The notes under the pieces: model-generated | Told to the model about the DNA's origin: nothing | Seen by the model: only the letters and a program-made list of their open reading frames with translations | Database searches by the model: none | Source: Candidatus Latescibacterota bacterium | Lineage (GTDB): Bacteria > Latescibacterota > UBA2968 | Assembly (NCBI GenBank): GCA_965207885.1 | Contig: OZ242311.1 | Coordinates: 4,096,001 to 4,160,000, forward strand | Direction of reading: 5' to 3' | Length of the DNA stretch: 64,000 bases | Translations under genes and position numbers: made by a program | Part shown: positions 40,093 to 49,380 of the stretch, one piece after another | How positions within the stretch are numbered: the stretch's first letter is position 1 | How the letters are laid out: the number at the start of each line of letters is the position of its first letter

Positions 40093-40878
40093 GTGTTACC
40101 TGATTATCCGACGATTTTCTGGATTTTGGCTGTCATTTCTGTAATTTTTGTCGGTATAGCCAAAGCCGGGTTTGGCGGAGGTGTTGGCATTTTGGCAACG
40201 CCACTCATGGCACTTGTCATTCCAGTGGCAGACTCGGCAGCGATTTTGTTACCACTCTTAATGGTTTGCGATGTATTTGCCGTTGCACACTACCGCAAGC
40301 ATTTTCATCGGCGCAGTGTAAAATTGCTCTTGCCCGGTGCGGCAATCGGGATCGGTATAGGAGCATTATTCTTTGGATATTTCAGCGCGAATGAGCGCGT
40401 ATTGCAACTCGGTTTGGGGATTTTGAGTTTGTTTTTTGTGGTATTCCAGGCTTTGCGCGCAGTGATTACGGGCGCACTTACAAAGCGACACCCACACAGT
40501 GCAGAAGGCGTTTTCATGGGCGCAATAGCGGGCTTTACGTCAACCATCGCACATGCTGGCGGTCCCCCCACAACCATCTATTTGCTTCCCCAACAATTGC
40601 CCCGCAACCTCTTTGTGGGAACGACCGTAATTCTTTTTGCCGCGATCAATCAGATGAAATTAATTCCCTATTTGGGATTGGATATTTTGCGAGCCGAACA
40701 TCTCGTCACAATCGCAATCCTATCCCCATTGGGCTACGCAGGCGTGAGGTTGGGCATTTTTTTTAATAAGCGTTTCACAGACCACTGGTTTAATATAGTC
40801 GTCTATTCAATTCTATTTATCGCAGGCGTACAGTTGATTTCGGGCAAAAACTTAATTCAATTGTTAGGCATTGTGTAA
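40093..40878 (+). CDS. Sulfite exporter TauE/SafE family protein
   Basis: GIAKAGFGGG, LLPLLMVCD, HAGGPP, KLIPY. Confidence 0.88.
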   Translation: MLPDYPTIFWILAVISVIFVGIAKAGFGGGVGILATPLMALVIPVADSAAILLPLLMVCDVFAVAHYRKHFHRRSVKLLLPGAAIGIGIGALFFGYFSANERVLQLGLGILSLFFVVFQALRAVITGALTKRHPHSAEGVFMGAIAGFTSTIAHAGGPPTTIYLLPQQLPRNLFVGTTVILFAAINQMKLIPYLGLDILRAEHLVTIAILSPLGYAGVRLGIFFNKRFTDHWFNIVVYSILFIAGVQLISGKNLIQLLGIV

Positions 40879-40957
40879 ACTGTAAAATTGTCCTATTTTT
40901 TAGAAAAAGGGCCGGGGACTGGTGTGATCCTTTCACGTCTCACTCTGGAGGTTGGCC

Positions 40958-41611
40958 ATGGCATCGCGCATCTGCTTTATACTGACCTGTATCATCGCTT
41001 TTTCCGGGTGTTATACGCAACTTCGGGCACCGCGCGTTCACCGTGAACAACGCGCTGAATCCCCTGTCAAGCCTTCCGAGAATTCTGTACAGCGATTTGA
41101 ATATTACTACTACAATTATTGCAATCCATCTCCTCTGCCATTTTACGAATCATACCATCCATATCGCCCGTACCGTCCATATCGGCGATATCCGCGCTGG
41201 AACCGGCACCGCCTCATCTGGAAATATTCGAGCTGGGCAAGCGTGTACGACCCGTGGTGGCGGGGGTGGTCGCCGAGGATTTTGGTGCCTCATATTGTAT
41301 ATGCGCCAGCGCCAACGGTAAGACCTCAAATAGAACGCGAGCAAGTCAATCCGCGTCCCCGTATCAGATACACAGGCGTGCGTGGCGAACCCGCCTCGGC
41401 CAGCACAATTCGGTCGGGCAACACCACAACTGAAAGCACACCTACAGCACAGCCGGAGAACTCGCGCAGCACCAAAACGAAAAGCACACAGCAAACGGAG
41501 AACTCGCGTAGTACCAAAACACAATCATCAGAAAAATCAAAAAAAGAAGAAAAATCTGAAAAACGCGAAGAGAAACGCTCAACGCAGCGCCGCAGAGGGG
41601 AGATGAGATAA
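40958..41611 (+). CDS. Hypothetical lipoprotein with Y/P/W-rich middle and low-complexity tail
   Basis: Lipobox FSGC; 42-nt tandem duplication at 41444-41527. Confidence 0.7.
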   Translation: MASRICFILTCIIAFSGCYTQLRAPRVHREQRAESPVKPSENSVQRFEYYYYNYCNPSPLPFYESYHPYRPYRPYRRYPRWNRHRLIWKYSSWASVYDPWWRGWSPRILVPHIVYAPAPTVRPQIEREQVNPRPRIRYTGVRGEPASASTIRSGNTTTESTPTAQPENSRSTKTKSTQQTENSRSTKTQSSEKSKKEEKSEKREEKRSTQRRRGEMR

Positions 41612-42885
41612 TGTCCAAACATCTCTGTATCCCGACATTTGTGATTTGCGTCTTCGCGGTATCTGTCCCTGCACAAGAAGTCGCTCTCGATAGCTTTTCT
41701 GGCATTGGTGCCCGCGCCATGGGCATGGGCGGTGCTTATATTTCCGTATCCGATGATTTTTCTGGCCTGTTCTGGAACCCCGCGGGATTGGCGCGAATCG
41801 AGCGCGGAACCGTAAATTGGGGCGTTTCGCACGACCGATTTCGCAACATATCGCAATTTTTTGACCGTTCTTCAACCCTCGAATTGCGCAGTACGCGCAT
41901 TGCATCCCTGGGTTTTGTCTATCCCGTTCCCGTGTATCGCGGGAGTCTGGTCTTTGCCGGAGGCTTTGGGCGCAATCAAAATTTTGATGGAGGATTACAG
42001 ATTGATGCGTATGATACCATCGCCAATTTTGATAAAGCGGGATTTTCAGAAGACAAAGGCGCTCTCGGCGCGTGGACATTTGGGGCTGCAATTGATCTGA
42101 TGCCGCGTTTGTCGGCGGGGATCTCGTTGTTTCGCTGGGGGGGAACCAATCGCTTTTTACAGGAATTGACCCTTGAAGATGTGCAGCGGGTACACGCCGA
42201 CACCATCCGCATCTTCCAGCGTTTTGAATCTGAGGAACGCTATTCTGCCTGGGGCATCCAGGGCGGCATTCGGTATTGGCATCCCACGGGATTTCAATTT
42301 GGCATTGTGGCAACAGCGGCCACGCCATTGCGCGTATCGGCTGAGCTGGCGGATGAATTTGAAGACGAGTTTGAAGACCGCACAGATACCTATCCACGCG
42401 AATCTTTTTCGGACGCATATGAAATTCGTCAACCCCTGACTTTTGGGATGGGAATTGGATGGTCGTCGGGAGGATTGACGGTGAGCGGCGACGTACATTA
42501 CGGCGATTTGCAAGAAATAACTTACGAGATTTTGCCACTCAATATTGCACCCAATGTCGATGATTTCCGGCGGCAATATCGCAGTGCGGCGCGGCTGCAT
42601 TTGGGATGTGAATATGTCATTTCGCATTGGGGCATCGCGTTCAGAGGTGGTTACTACCGCGACCCGGTTCGCTATGTGGGGGGCGGCAGTGTCCCAGAAA
42701 TACAAATTGAGACAGACCGCGATGCATGGACACTCGGTTTTGGCACCGAATTGGAAAAGGCTGTAACCCTGGATTTTGCCGCAGTGATTGGCGGCTACAA
42801 AGCCATTGAAGGTAATCGCGCAGATCGCGTACGTGCAGTGCGGGTACTCGCCTCCGCGCGTTTTTATTTTTTTACAGGACTTTAG
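41611..42885 (+). CDS. Outer-membrane beta-barrel, OmpP1/FadL-like
   Basis: GARAMGMGGAY..DDFSGLFWNPAGLA N-terminal motif; alternating beta strands. Confidence 0.8.
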   Translation: MSKHLCIPTFVICVFAVSVPAQEVALDSFSGIGARAMGMGGAYISVSDDFSGLFWNPAGLARIERGTVNWGVSHDRFRNISQFFDRSSTLELRSTRIASLGFVYPVPVYRGSLVFAGGFGRNQNFDGGLQIDAYDTIANFDKAGFSEDKGALGAWTFGAAIDLMPRLSAGISLFRWGGTNRFLQELTLEDVQRVHADTIRIFQRFESEERYSAWGIQGGIRYWHPTGFQFGIVATAATPLRVSAELADEFEDEFEDRTDTYPRESFSDAYEIRQPLTFGMGIGWSSGGLTVSGDVHYGDLQEITYEILPLNIAPNVDDFRRQYRSAARLHLGCEYVISHWGIAFRGGYYRDPVRYVGGGSVPEIQIETDRDAWTLGFGTELEKAVTLDFAAVIGGYKAIEGNRADRVRAVRVLASARFYFFTGL

Positions 42886-42904
42886 AAAGCACAAAGGAGT
42901 TAGC

Positions 42905-43669
42905 ATGGATCAGTATATTTCTGAAACACAGTGGGCAACATTTGAAGCGCAAGGGTATCTTCATTTGGGCAAAGTAATGGACGATGGGGAACTGGAGGCA
43001 TTACAGCAGCGAATTGATGAGATCATGCTCGGCACGGCGTCCATCGACTACGATCATGTAATGATGCAACTGGATTCTGACCCCGAAAACAATGGAAAAC
43101 CCGGCCCTCAGAGCAAAGGACATAAATACGCGACACTCGGATATCGCAAAATTCAAAATTTGGAATTGGATCCCCTCTTTCTCTCATTTTTACAAAAACC
43201 ACAGTTTCGAGAAATCTGCGAACACATCTATGGCAAAAATACGCCCGTAGATTGTTTTAGGGCGATGTTTATGAACAAACCCGCGCACGACGGCACCCCG
43301 CTGGTATGGCATCAGGACCGCTGGACCGATCTAACCCTCGATCCTCAAATCACGATATGGACGGCTCTGGATCCCACATCAGTTGAAAACGGCTGTGTGA
43401 AAATTATTCCGAAATCGCATCACAGGCTGATAAATCCCCAGCAAGGCTCCGGATTTTTGACCGAAGAACACATCGAGACCATTGTATCCCAATACGAGCC
43501 AATAGATTTAATATTAGAAGCCGGCGACTCTGTTCTGCTCCACAACTGGATGCTGCACAGTTCGGGCGTAAACACCACAGATATTGCGCGCCGCGCATTC
43601 AGCGTGTGTTATATGCACGGTGACACGCGCTCATTGCGCGGCAGCACCTTCACCCGCGTCTTTGAATAG
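42905..43669 (+). CDS. PhyH family dioxygenase
   Basis: FEAQGYL, WHQD, ENGCVKIIPKSH, LHSSGVN..RRAFS; AAGGAG RBS. Confidence 0.9.
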   Translation: MDQYISETQWATFEAQGYLHLGKVMDDGELEALQQRIDEIMLGTASIDYDHVMMQLDSDPENNGKPGPQSKGHKYATLGYRKIQNLELDPLFLSFLQKPQFREICEHIYGKNTPVDCFRAMFMNKPAHDGTPLVWHQDRWTDLTLDPQITIWTALDPTSVENGCVKIIPKSHHRLINPQQGSGFLTEEHIETIVSQYEPIDLILEAGDSVLLHNWMLHSSGVNTTDIARRAFSVCYMHGDTRSLRGSTFTRVFE

Positions 43670-43672
43670 ACG

Positions 43673-43709
43673 GAGCGGTGTAAAACTGGCCGTATCTCAG
43701 GCCAGTTCA
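43673..43709 (+). repeat. Dispersed hairpin element, copy 3
   Basis: GAGCGGTGTAAAACTGGCCGTATCTCAGGCCAGTTCA flanked by TAGACG on both sides. Confidence 0.85.
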
Positions 43710-43772
43710 TAGACGAACCCCACTCCATCACTCAAAGTTGCACCAAACTCCGTCGTTGATTCGCTGATTTAT

Positions 43773-45506
43773 ATGTCTGACCCCATCGTTTTATTTGAAT
43801 CGCATCGCAAAGGTGCGAGTTATCGTTTTTGCGACCTGTGCGATACCATTTGCGTTTCGCATCCCAAAGATGTTGCTCCCGCACTCGAACGCATTGAACA
43901 GGCTGTCCATTCGGGATTACACGCAGCGGGATTTTTGTCTTATGAAGCCGCATCGGGTCTGGATCCCGTTTTAAAAACGCACGTACCGGGAGATTTTCCA
44001 CTCATGTGGTTCGGCCTGTTTCGGCATCGAGAACATATCCCTGTCGGAACACCGAATGATAGAAACTACGATCTGGACTCATGGCGCCCCTCTGTTTCGC
44101 GCGCTGCTTACGATACCGCCCTGAATCGCATTCGAGACCTCATCATTGCCGGCGATACCTATCAGGTTAATTATTCCTTCCGAATGCGGGCAAATTTTTC
44201 GGGCAATAGCCTGAGTTTTTATCGCGATCTATGTCGGGCGCAGCGCACGGATTATGCGGCGTATCTGGATATCGGGCGATTTCAAATCCTATCGGCTTCG
44301 CCCGAATTGTTTTTTTCGTTAAAAAATAACACGTTAATCGCGCGTCCGATGAAAGGCACTGCACCTCGGGGACGATGGTGGGAAGAAGATGAAGCGCGTA
44401 CAAAACAGCTTCAAAAATCCGAGAAAGACCGCGCGGAAAATGTGATGATCGTCGATTTGATGCGCAGCGATTTGGGGCGCGTTTCAAGTGGTGTGAAAGT
44501 GCCATTACTATGGCAGGTCGAACGTTATGAAACCGTATTGCAGATGACCTCAACCGTGACATCGCGCATGCGTTGTGGCGTGGGGTTGCGCGAACTGGTG
44601 ACAGCGCTCTTTCCGTGCGGCTCCGTAACCGGTGCGCCCAAAGTGCGTACCATGGAAATTATCAAAGAAGTAGAGCGAACTGCGCGGGGAATTTATACTG
44701 GAAGCATTGGCTACCTGTCGCCGGGAGGGGACATAGCCTTTAATGTGGCGATTCGCACAGTCTGTATTGACCGCAAAACGGGTATTGCAGAATTTGGTGT
44801 GGGCAGTGGCATAACCTGTGATTCCTCAAATGATGGCGAGTATGAAGAGTGTTTGACCAAAGCGCGCATGCTCGCAGAACGACAACCTGTTTTTGACCTG
44901 TTTGAAACCCTGCGATACGACGGCAAAAACGGGTTCTTTTTGTTAAATCGTCACATAGATCGAATAGAAGCGTCCTCGCGGTATTTTGGATTTGCTTTTG
45001 ATCGGTTAAACGTCCTATCTGAGCTCGAAAAGGCAGTATCGGGTCTGGATACACCACAACGGGTGCGCCTTGTCCTATCGCGCAGGGGCTGTGTACAGGT
45101 TGAAACCACACCACTTAAAAATGCATCGCAAGATCGCGTACTTTCCGCCCGTATCTCACCACTACCGGTTGACAGCCGCGATCCCCTATTATTTCACAAA
45201 ACAACGCGCCGCGAACCCTATACCTCTCGATTGAACATGTATCCCCTATGTGAAGAAATCATTCTCATCAACGAACGCGGCGAAGCTACAGAATGCAGCA
45301 TTGGCAATCTCGTCGCCAAATGGGACGACCTGTATGTAACACCTCCCATTTCCTGTGGCCTGTTGGGCGGCACCTTTCGCGCCGAATTATTATCGCGAGG
45401 CAAAGTTACGGAGCAAGTGTTAAAAATAGATGACCTGAAACGCGCGGAGGTACTCTACATGATCAATTCTGTGCGAAAATGGACAAGGCTTAAACTTATT
45501 GAATAG
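43773..45506 (+). CDS. pabB: Aminodeoxychorismate synthase component I fused to ADC-lyase (class IV PLP) domain
   Basis: GDTYQVNY, SASPELF, PMKGT, KDRAENVMIVDL, FPCGSVTGAPK, NVAIRT; C-terminal FETLR, HKTT, GLLGGTFR. Confidence 0.92.
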   Translation: MSDPIVLFESHRKGASYRFCDLCDTICVSHPKDVAPALERIEQAVHSGLHAAGFLSYEAASGLDPVLKTHVPGDFPLMWFGLFRHREHIPVGTPNDRNYDLDSWRPSVSRAAYDTALNRIRDLIIAGDTYQVNYSFRMRANFSGNSLSFYRDLCRAQRTDYAAYLDIGRFQILSASPELFFSLKNNTLIARPMKGTAPRGRWWEEDEARTKQLQKSEKDRAENVMIVDLMRSDLGRVSSGVKVPLLWQVERYETVLQMTSTVTSRMRCGVGLRELVTALFPCGSVTGAPKVRTMEIIKEVERTARGIYTGSIGYLSPGGDIAFNVAIRTVCIDRKTGIAEFGVGSGITCDSSNDGEYEECLTKARMLAERQPVFDLFETLRYDGKNGFFLLNRHIDRIEASSRYFGFAFDRLNVLSELEKAVSGLDTPQRVRLVLSRRGCVQVETTPLKNASQDRVLSARISPLPVDSRDPLLFHKTTRREPYTSRLNMYPLCEEIILINERGEATECSIGNLVAKWDDLYVTPPISCGLLGGTFRAELLSRGKVTEQVLKIDDLKRAEVLYMINSVRKWTRLKLIE

Positions 45507-45515
45507 GAGATATTT

Positions 45516-46718
45516 ATGTACCGCATCGGACAACCCGAAGCCAAGCGCGTGGAAACCCTCCTGGAAAGCGGTGAAATTTTTCGCTATGGCAAGGCCGGCG
45601 AATGCGACCAATTTGAAGCAGACTGGGGAAAGCGATTGGGCGGTGTTCAGGTCCGCATGACCACCAGCGGCACGGCATCGCTCTATTGCGCCCTCATTGG
45701 CCTGAAAGTTGGACCGGGCGATTCGGTCATTGTGCCATCGTGTACCTATATGGCGACCGCACTCGCCGTTGTTGCCGCAGGAGCCATGCCCATTATTGCC
45801 GAAGTAGATGAATCGATCACCCTCTCGCCCGAAGATGTCGAGCAAAAAATTGCCCCGCACACAAAAGCCATCATTCCCGTGCATATGTGGGGATTGCCCT
45901 GTAATATGGACGCACTGATGGATATAGCAGAAAAACGCGGGGTAAAAGTATTGGAAGATGCCTGCCAGGCCGTGGGTGGTGGATACAAAGGGCGCGAACT
46001 CGGGTCCATCGGACATGCCGGGGCATTCAGCTTTAACTATTTCAAAAACATGACCAGCGGCGAAGGCGGCGCGTTTGTCTCTGCTGATGACTCTGTATTT
46101 CGGCGCGGATCAGTAGCAGCAGATTGTTGTTCTTATTACTGGAATCCCGACGAACACCGCCCAAATGAACAATTTGTCGGATTGAATTTCAGAGCCACTG
46201 AAATCTCGGGCGCCATTCTCAACGCACAACTCGAGCGCATCGACGAAATGTTGGATCGCATGCGCGGACACAAACGAACCCTGACAAAAGTGGGCGAAGA
46301 CGCGGGCCTGACATCCATTACAAACAACAGTCTGGATTGCGAATGCGGGACCCATGTCGGCTTTATTTTCAATTCCGAAGAAAACGCTCGCGCCTTTGCC
46401 AAACAGATATCGGAATTGAAAGGACGCGCTTTTTTGCCCATCGACACCGGGCGACACGTTTACACGCGATGGGATCCCATTATGCGAAAGCAGGGGGCAC
46501 ACCATCCCGCGCTCGACCCATTTAAACTGCCGCAAAACAAGGCATTGAATATCGAATATTCAATGGACATGTGCCCCAGGTCGCTGGATATCTTGAGCCG
46601 CGCAGTACTCATTGGCATGCACCCGGACAACGACCGAGAAAAGATAGATGAACTTGCAGACGCCATTCGGGAATCTGCACATGTTGTAAAACATCAAAAA
46701 AAGGAGATTTTGACATGA
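45516..46718 (+). CDS. DegT/DnrJ/EryC1/StrS aminotransferase
   Basis: TSGTASL, VHMWG, LEDACQA, FSFNYFKNMTSGEGG. Confidence 0.92.
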   Translation: MYRIGQPEAKRVETLLESGEIFRYGKAGECDQFEADWGKRLGGVQVRMTTSGTASLYCALIGLKVGPGDSVIVPSCTYMATALAVVAAGAMPIIAEVDESITLSPEDVEQKIAPHTKAIIPVHMWGLPCNMDALMDIAEKRGVKVLEDACQAVGGGYKGRELGSIGHAGAFSFNYFKNMTSGEGGAFVSADDSVFRRGSVAADCCSYYWNPDEHRPNEQFVGLNFRATEISGAILNAQLERIDEMLDRMRGHKRTLTKVGEDAGLTSITNNSLDCECGTHVGFIFNSEENARAFAKQISELKGRAFLPIDTGRHVYTRWDPIMRKQGAHHPALDPFKLPQNKALNIEYSMDMCPRSLDILSRAVLIGMHPDNDREKIDELADAIRESAHVVKHQKKEILT

Positions 46719-47338
46719 AAATGCAATGGATGTTGATTCTAATTTTGACCCTGAGCAACAGTGTATTGGCTGCGCCGAGCAAACCAGCACCTCGCAAACC
46801 CAAGGAAGGCCAAAACGAAATCGCGATCCGTCACCATAAAGAAGGCTTGCGCCACCGGGATGCGGCCTGGGTCTATGAAGAAAAAATGTCGGGCACAGAA
46901 GGAGAAGAGCGAGAAACGTACGCGCGGTTTATCCAGGACCTGTACAATCGCGCACTGGGAGAATTTGCGAAAGCGACCGAGCAGGACTCGACGTATTACC
47001 AGGCATTTAGCAGTTTGGGATACGTCAAGCGCAAAACCGGAGATATGGACGGAGCAATGGCAGCGTACAATCGCGCTTTGACATTAAATCCAAACTACGC
47101 AGAAGCCATTGAATATCGCGCAGAAGCGTATTTGATCGTGGGACAGGTGGAAAAAATGAAAAAAGCGTATGGGGTATTGGCCGCACTGAATCGCCCTCAC
47201 GCAGCGCGATTGTTGACCTTTGTAACACAATGGGCAGATGGCGCAACCGATGCAGATATGGCAACCTCTTTGCGGACATGGGCATCTGAACAAAAAGAAA
47301 AACTCGGCGAGGTAAAAACATTTGTTGAGAAATGGTGA
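46715..47338 (+). CDS. Secreted TPR protein
   Basis: Signal peptide; AFSSLGY..AYNRALTLNPNYAEAIEY. Confidence 0.8.
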   Translation: MKMQWMLILILTLSNSVLAAPSKPAPRKPKEGQNEIAIRHHKEGLRHRDAAWVYEEKMSGTEGEERETYARFIQDLYNRALGEFAKATEQDSTYYQAFSSLGYVKRKTGDMDGAMAAYNRALTLNPNYAEAIEYRAEAYLIVGQVEKMKKAYGVLAALNRPHAARLLTFVTQWADGATDADMATSLRTWASEQKEKLGEVKTFVEKW

Positions 47339-47341
47339 TAT

Positions 47342-47405
47342 GTAGGAGTGGGTTTCGAGCGGGGTACAACTGGCCGTCTCTCAGGCCAGTTCAACCCGCT
47401 CCTAC
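47342..47405 (+). repeat. GTAG REP palindrome carrying dispersed hairpin element copy 4 (47357-47393) in its loop
   Basis: GTAGGAGTGGGTTTC-[GAGCGGGGTACAACTGGCCGTCTCTCAGGCCAGTTCA]-ACCCGCTCCTAC. Confidence 0.85.
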
Positions 47406-47411
47406 TAACCA

Positions 47412-48119
47412 CTAACCACTGACTGAAACAATCAAACCAATAAAACCACCAAAAGCCCCGCCCCAAACGACCAGCCAGCCCAGATGTTTGTGAATCATCT
47501 CCTGGACAATGGTCTTAACCATTTCGGGCGTCAACTCGTTTAGACGCTGCATAACAATGGCGTCAACCTTGTCAATCATTTCTTCCGTATAACTCGCGGT
47601 ATTCAACCCTCTCTGGATGGCATCGAGAAATTTGGGCGAGGATAGCAAGAGGCGGATTTCTACTCGGATTTTTTTTACAAAAGGATCTCTGAGAGGCTGT
47701 AATGCCGCTGTACCGCCGAACATATTGATTACGCTGCCAAAAGGAGAGGACATAACAGCCTCCATCAGGCGGCTGAAGATGCGGTCGCAGTCAACGGCCT
47801 CAATAACGGGGTCGGCATCGAACTCATCTGGAATTTTTTGTTCGGCGAGAAATTTTCTAACATTTTCAGCGGTAAAAAACTGATTCATAATCAAAGCGTG
47901 GATACCCGTCTTAAATTCTTCAAACCGACTCGGCACAACACCTGAACCATATAGTCCCGGCACTTTCTCAAAAAGCATGTGAACCGCCAACCAGTTGGTC
48001 AGGGCACCCGAAGTTGCAAAAAGCCCAACCGCGAGCAAATGATCGGAATAAACAGGACTGACATAACCTGCACCGATCACGCCGACCGCGAGCAGATTTG
48101 TCACAAGGCTTTTATTCAT
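47412..48119 (-). CDS. DUF445 family membrane protein
   Basis: SGALTNWLAVHMLFEKVPGLYGSGV; HLGWLVVWGG. Confidence 0.88.
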   Translation of the reverse strand: MNKSLVTNLLAVGVIGAGYVSPVYSDHLLAVGLFATSGALTNWLAVHMLFEKVPGLYGSGVVPSRFEEFKTGIHALIMNQFFTAENVRKFLAEQKIPDEFDADPVIEAVDCDRIFSRLMEAVMSSPFGSVINMFGGTAALQPLRDPFVKKIRVEIRLLLSSPKFLDAIQRGLNTASYTEEMIDKVDAIVMQRLNELTPEMVKTIVQEMIHKHLGWLVVWGGAFGGFIGLIVSVSG

Positions 48120-48154
48120 ACCGGAGTCCTTACAGGGAAATAGCGAAAAAAATC

Positions 48155-49225
48155 TCAGAGATAGCAGAACAACGTGGCAATCAGATTGTCAAAAACGCTC
48201 AGACGGCAGACCTCATAACCGTGGGAATTTTCTCTCGGATACCCAATAGTTGCAGCACGAGGCACGTGACCCGCCTGAAGAACGCCCGAGGCATCGGACG
48301 CCGCGCGATCGTAAACAGCGTATTGCAATTGTGTACCCGCGCGTTGCGCTGCTGCTGCGAGATCGGCAATCAAGCCCTGATCGAAATGCATCTGGCTATC
48401 TCTTGACCAGACCGCTGGGCGACCATCGAGTTGAAGTTGTTGGTTCCTCGGCATAGGAGCAGAATCAACCGCGATAAAAATTTCGACCGGGTTTCGCGCG
48501 GTCCAGCCACGTGCCCCAATCAATCCGGTTTCTTCTTGAACGAGAAAACACAGGCAGGTGGTGCGATTGGGTATTGTCTTTTCTTCCGAAATGCGCTGAA
48601 GCAGGCGCAGAAGGGTGAGACTCCCGCCCCGGTTGTCAAATAACCACGCGGAAACGAGCGGATCGTCGGGTGGCCCAAAAAAATGAGGACCGCGCACACC
48701 TGCCACTGGTACAGCAGTCGATCCAACGCGCACACCTGCGCGGGCGAGTTGATCGGGTGTCAGACCAGTGAGCAAATGACAATAGGGCCAGGTAATGCCA
48801 CTTTGCCCCGTTGCAAATTGCGTGTTGGGATCCGACGGATCAGTCGTATGCGTAGAACCAAAACAGAGATGTGCCGCAACCGTCTCTGCACCATCTGAAA
48901 CGATTTCAACAGGACATTCGCCGAGTTTCCAGGGATGCAACCCACCGCTCGGGCGCACCTGCAGGGTACCATCGGCATTGATGGCGGTAATCACCATGGC
49001 GAGTTCGTCCATATGACTGGCAAGCGCGATATGCCCCAGATCGGGATTTTGCCCGGGCACTTCCACCCAAACATTGCCCTGCTGGTCTTGTTTTGGTGCA
49101 TGCCCCAAATCGGCAATGCGATCCATAATAACCCGGGCCATAAGTTCTTCGCGGCCCGATGGTGCGGGAACGCGCAAAAGGTCTGACAACAAAAGTACAT
49201 TGGGATCATCTTGAGGATAAGACAT
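48155..49225 (-). CDS. M42/M20-family metallopeptidase
   Basis: PAPSGRE, ASHMDE, FDNRGG, VQEETG, SDAS, NSHGYE. Confidence 0.88.
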   Translation of the reverse strand: MSYPQDDPNVLLLSDLLRVPAPSGREELMARVIMDRIADLGHAPKQDQQGNVWVEVPGQNPDLGHIALASHMDELAMVITAINADGTLQVRPSGGLHPWKLGECPVEIVSDGAETVAAHLCFGSTHTTDPSDPNTQFATGQSGITWPYCHLLTGLTPDQLARAGVRVGSTAVPVAGVRGPHFFGPPDDPLVSAWLFDNRGGSLTLLRLLQRISEEKTIPNRTTCLCFLVQEETGLIGARGWTARNPVEIFIAVDSAPMPRNQQLQLDGRPAVWSRDSQMHFDQGLIADLAAAAQRAGTQLQYAVYDRAASDASGVLQAGHVPRAATIGYPRENSHGYEVCRLSVFDNLIATLFCYL

Positions 49226-49380
49226 AAAATGTCACCTTTTCGTTTCAGGATTATTATCGACCACTAAGAATACGCTGGCGCGTGCAATTTATCAAGTGCT
49301 TTCAAAATTCATGAAGCCTTTTGGTGTGTTATCCGTCCAATGATTTGACATAAAGCCTTATACCCTTCCATGTGAGAAAA

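Noticed and set aside
9744-47393. The 37-nt element as dispersed CRISPR repeats or integron attC sites
   Set aside because: Copies are isolated, kilobases apart and on both strands. There is no RYYYAAC...GTTRRRY boundary arrangement around cassette-like genes and no integrase in the window
48120-48160. TGA read-through/selenocysteine at the end of the M42 peptidase
   Set aside because: Protein is already of family-typical length with all metal ligands; no convincing SECIS-like hairpin
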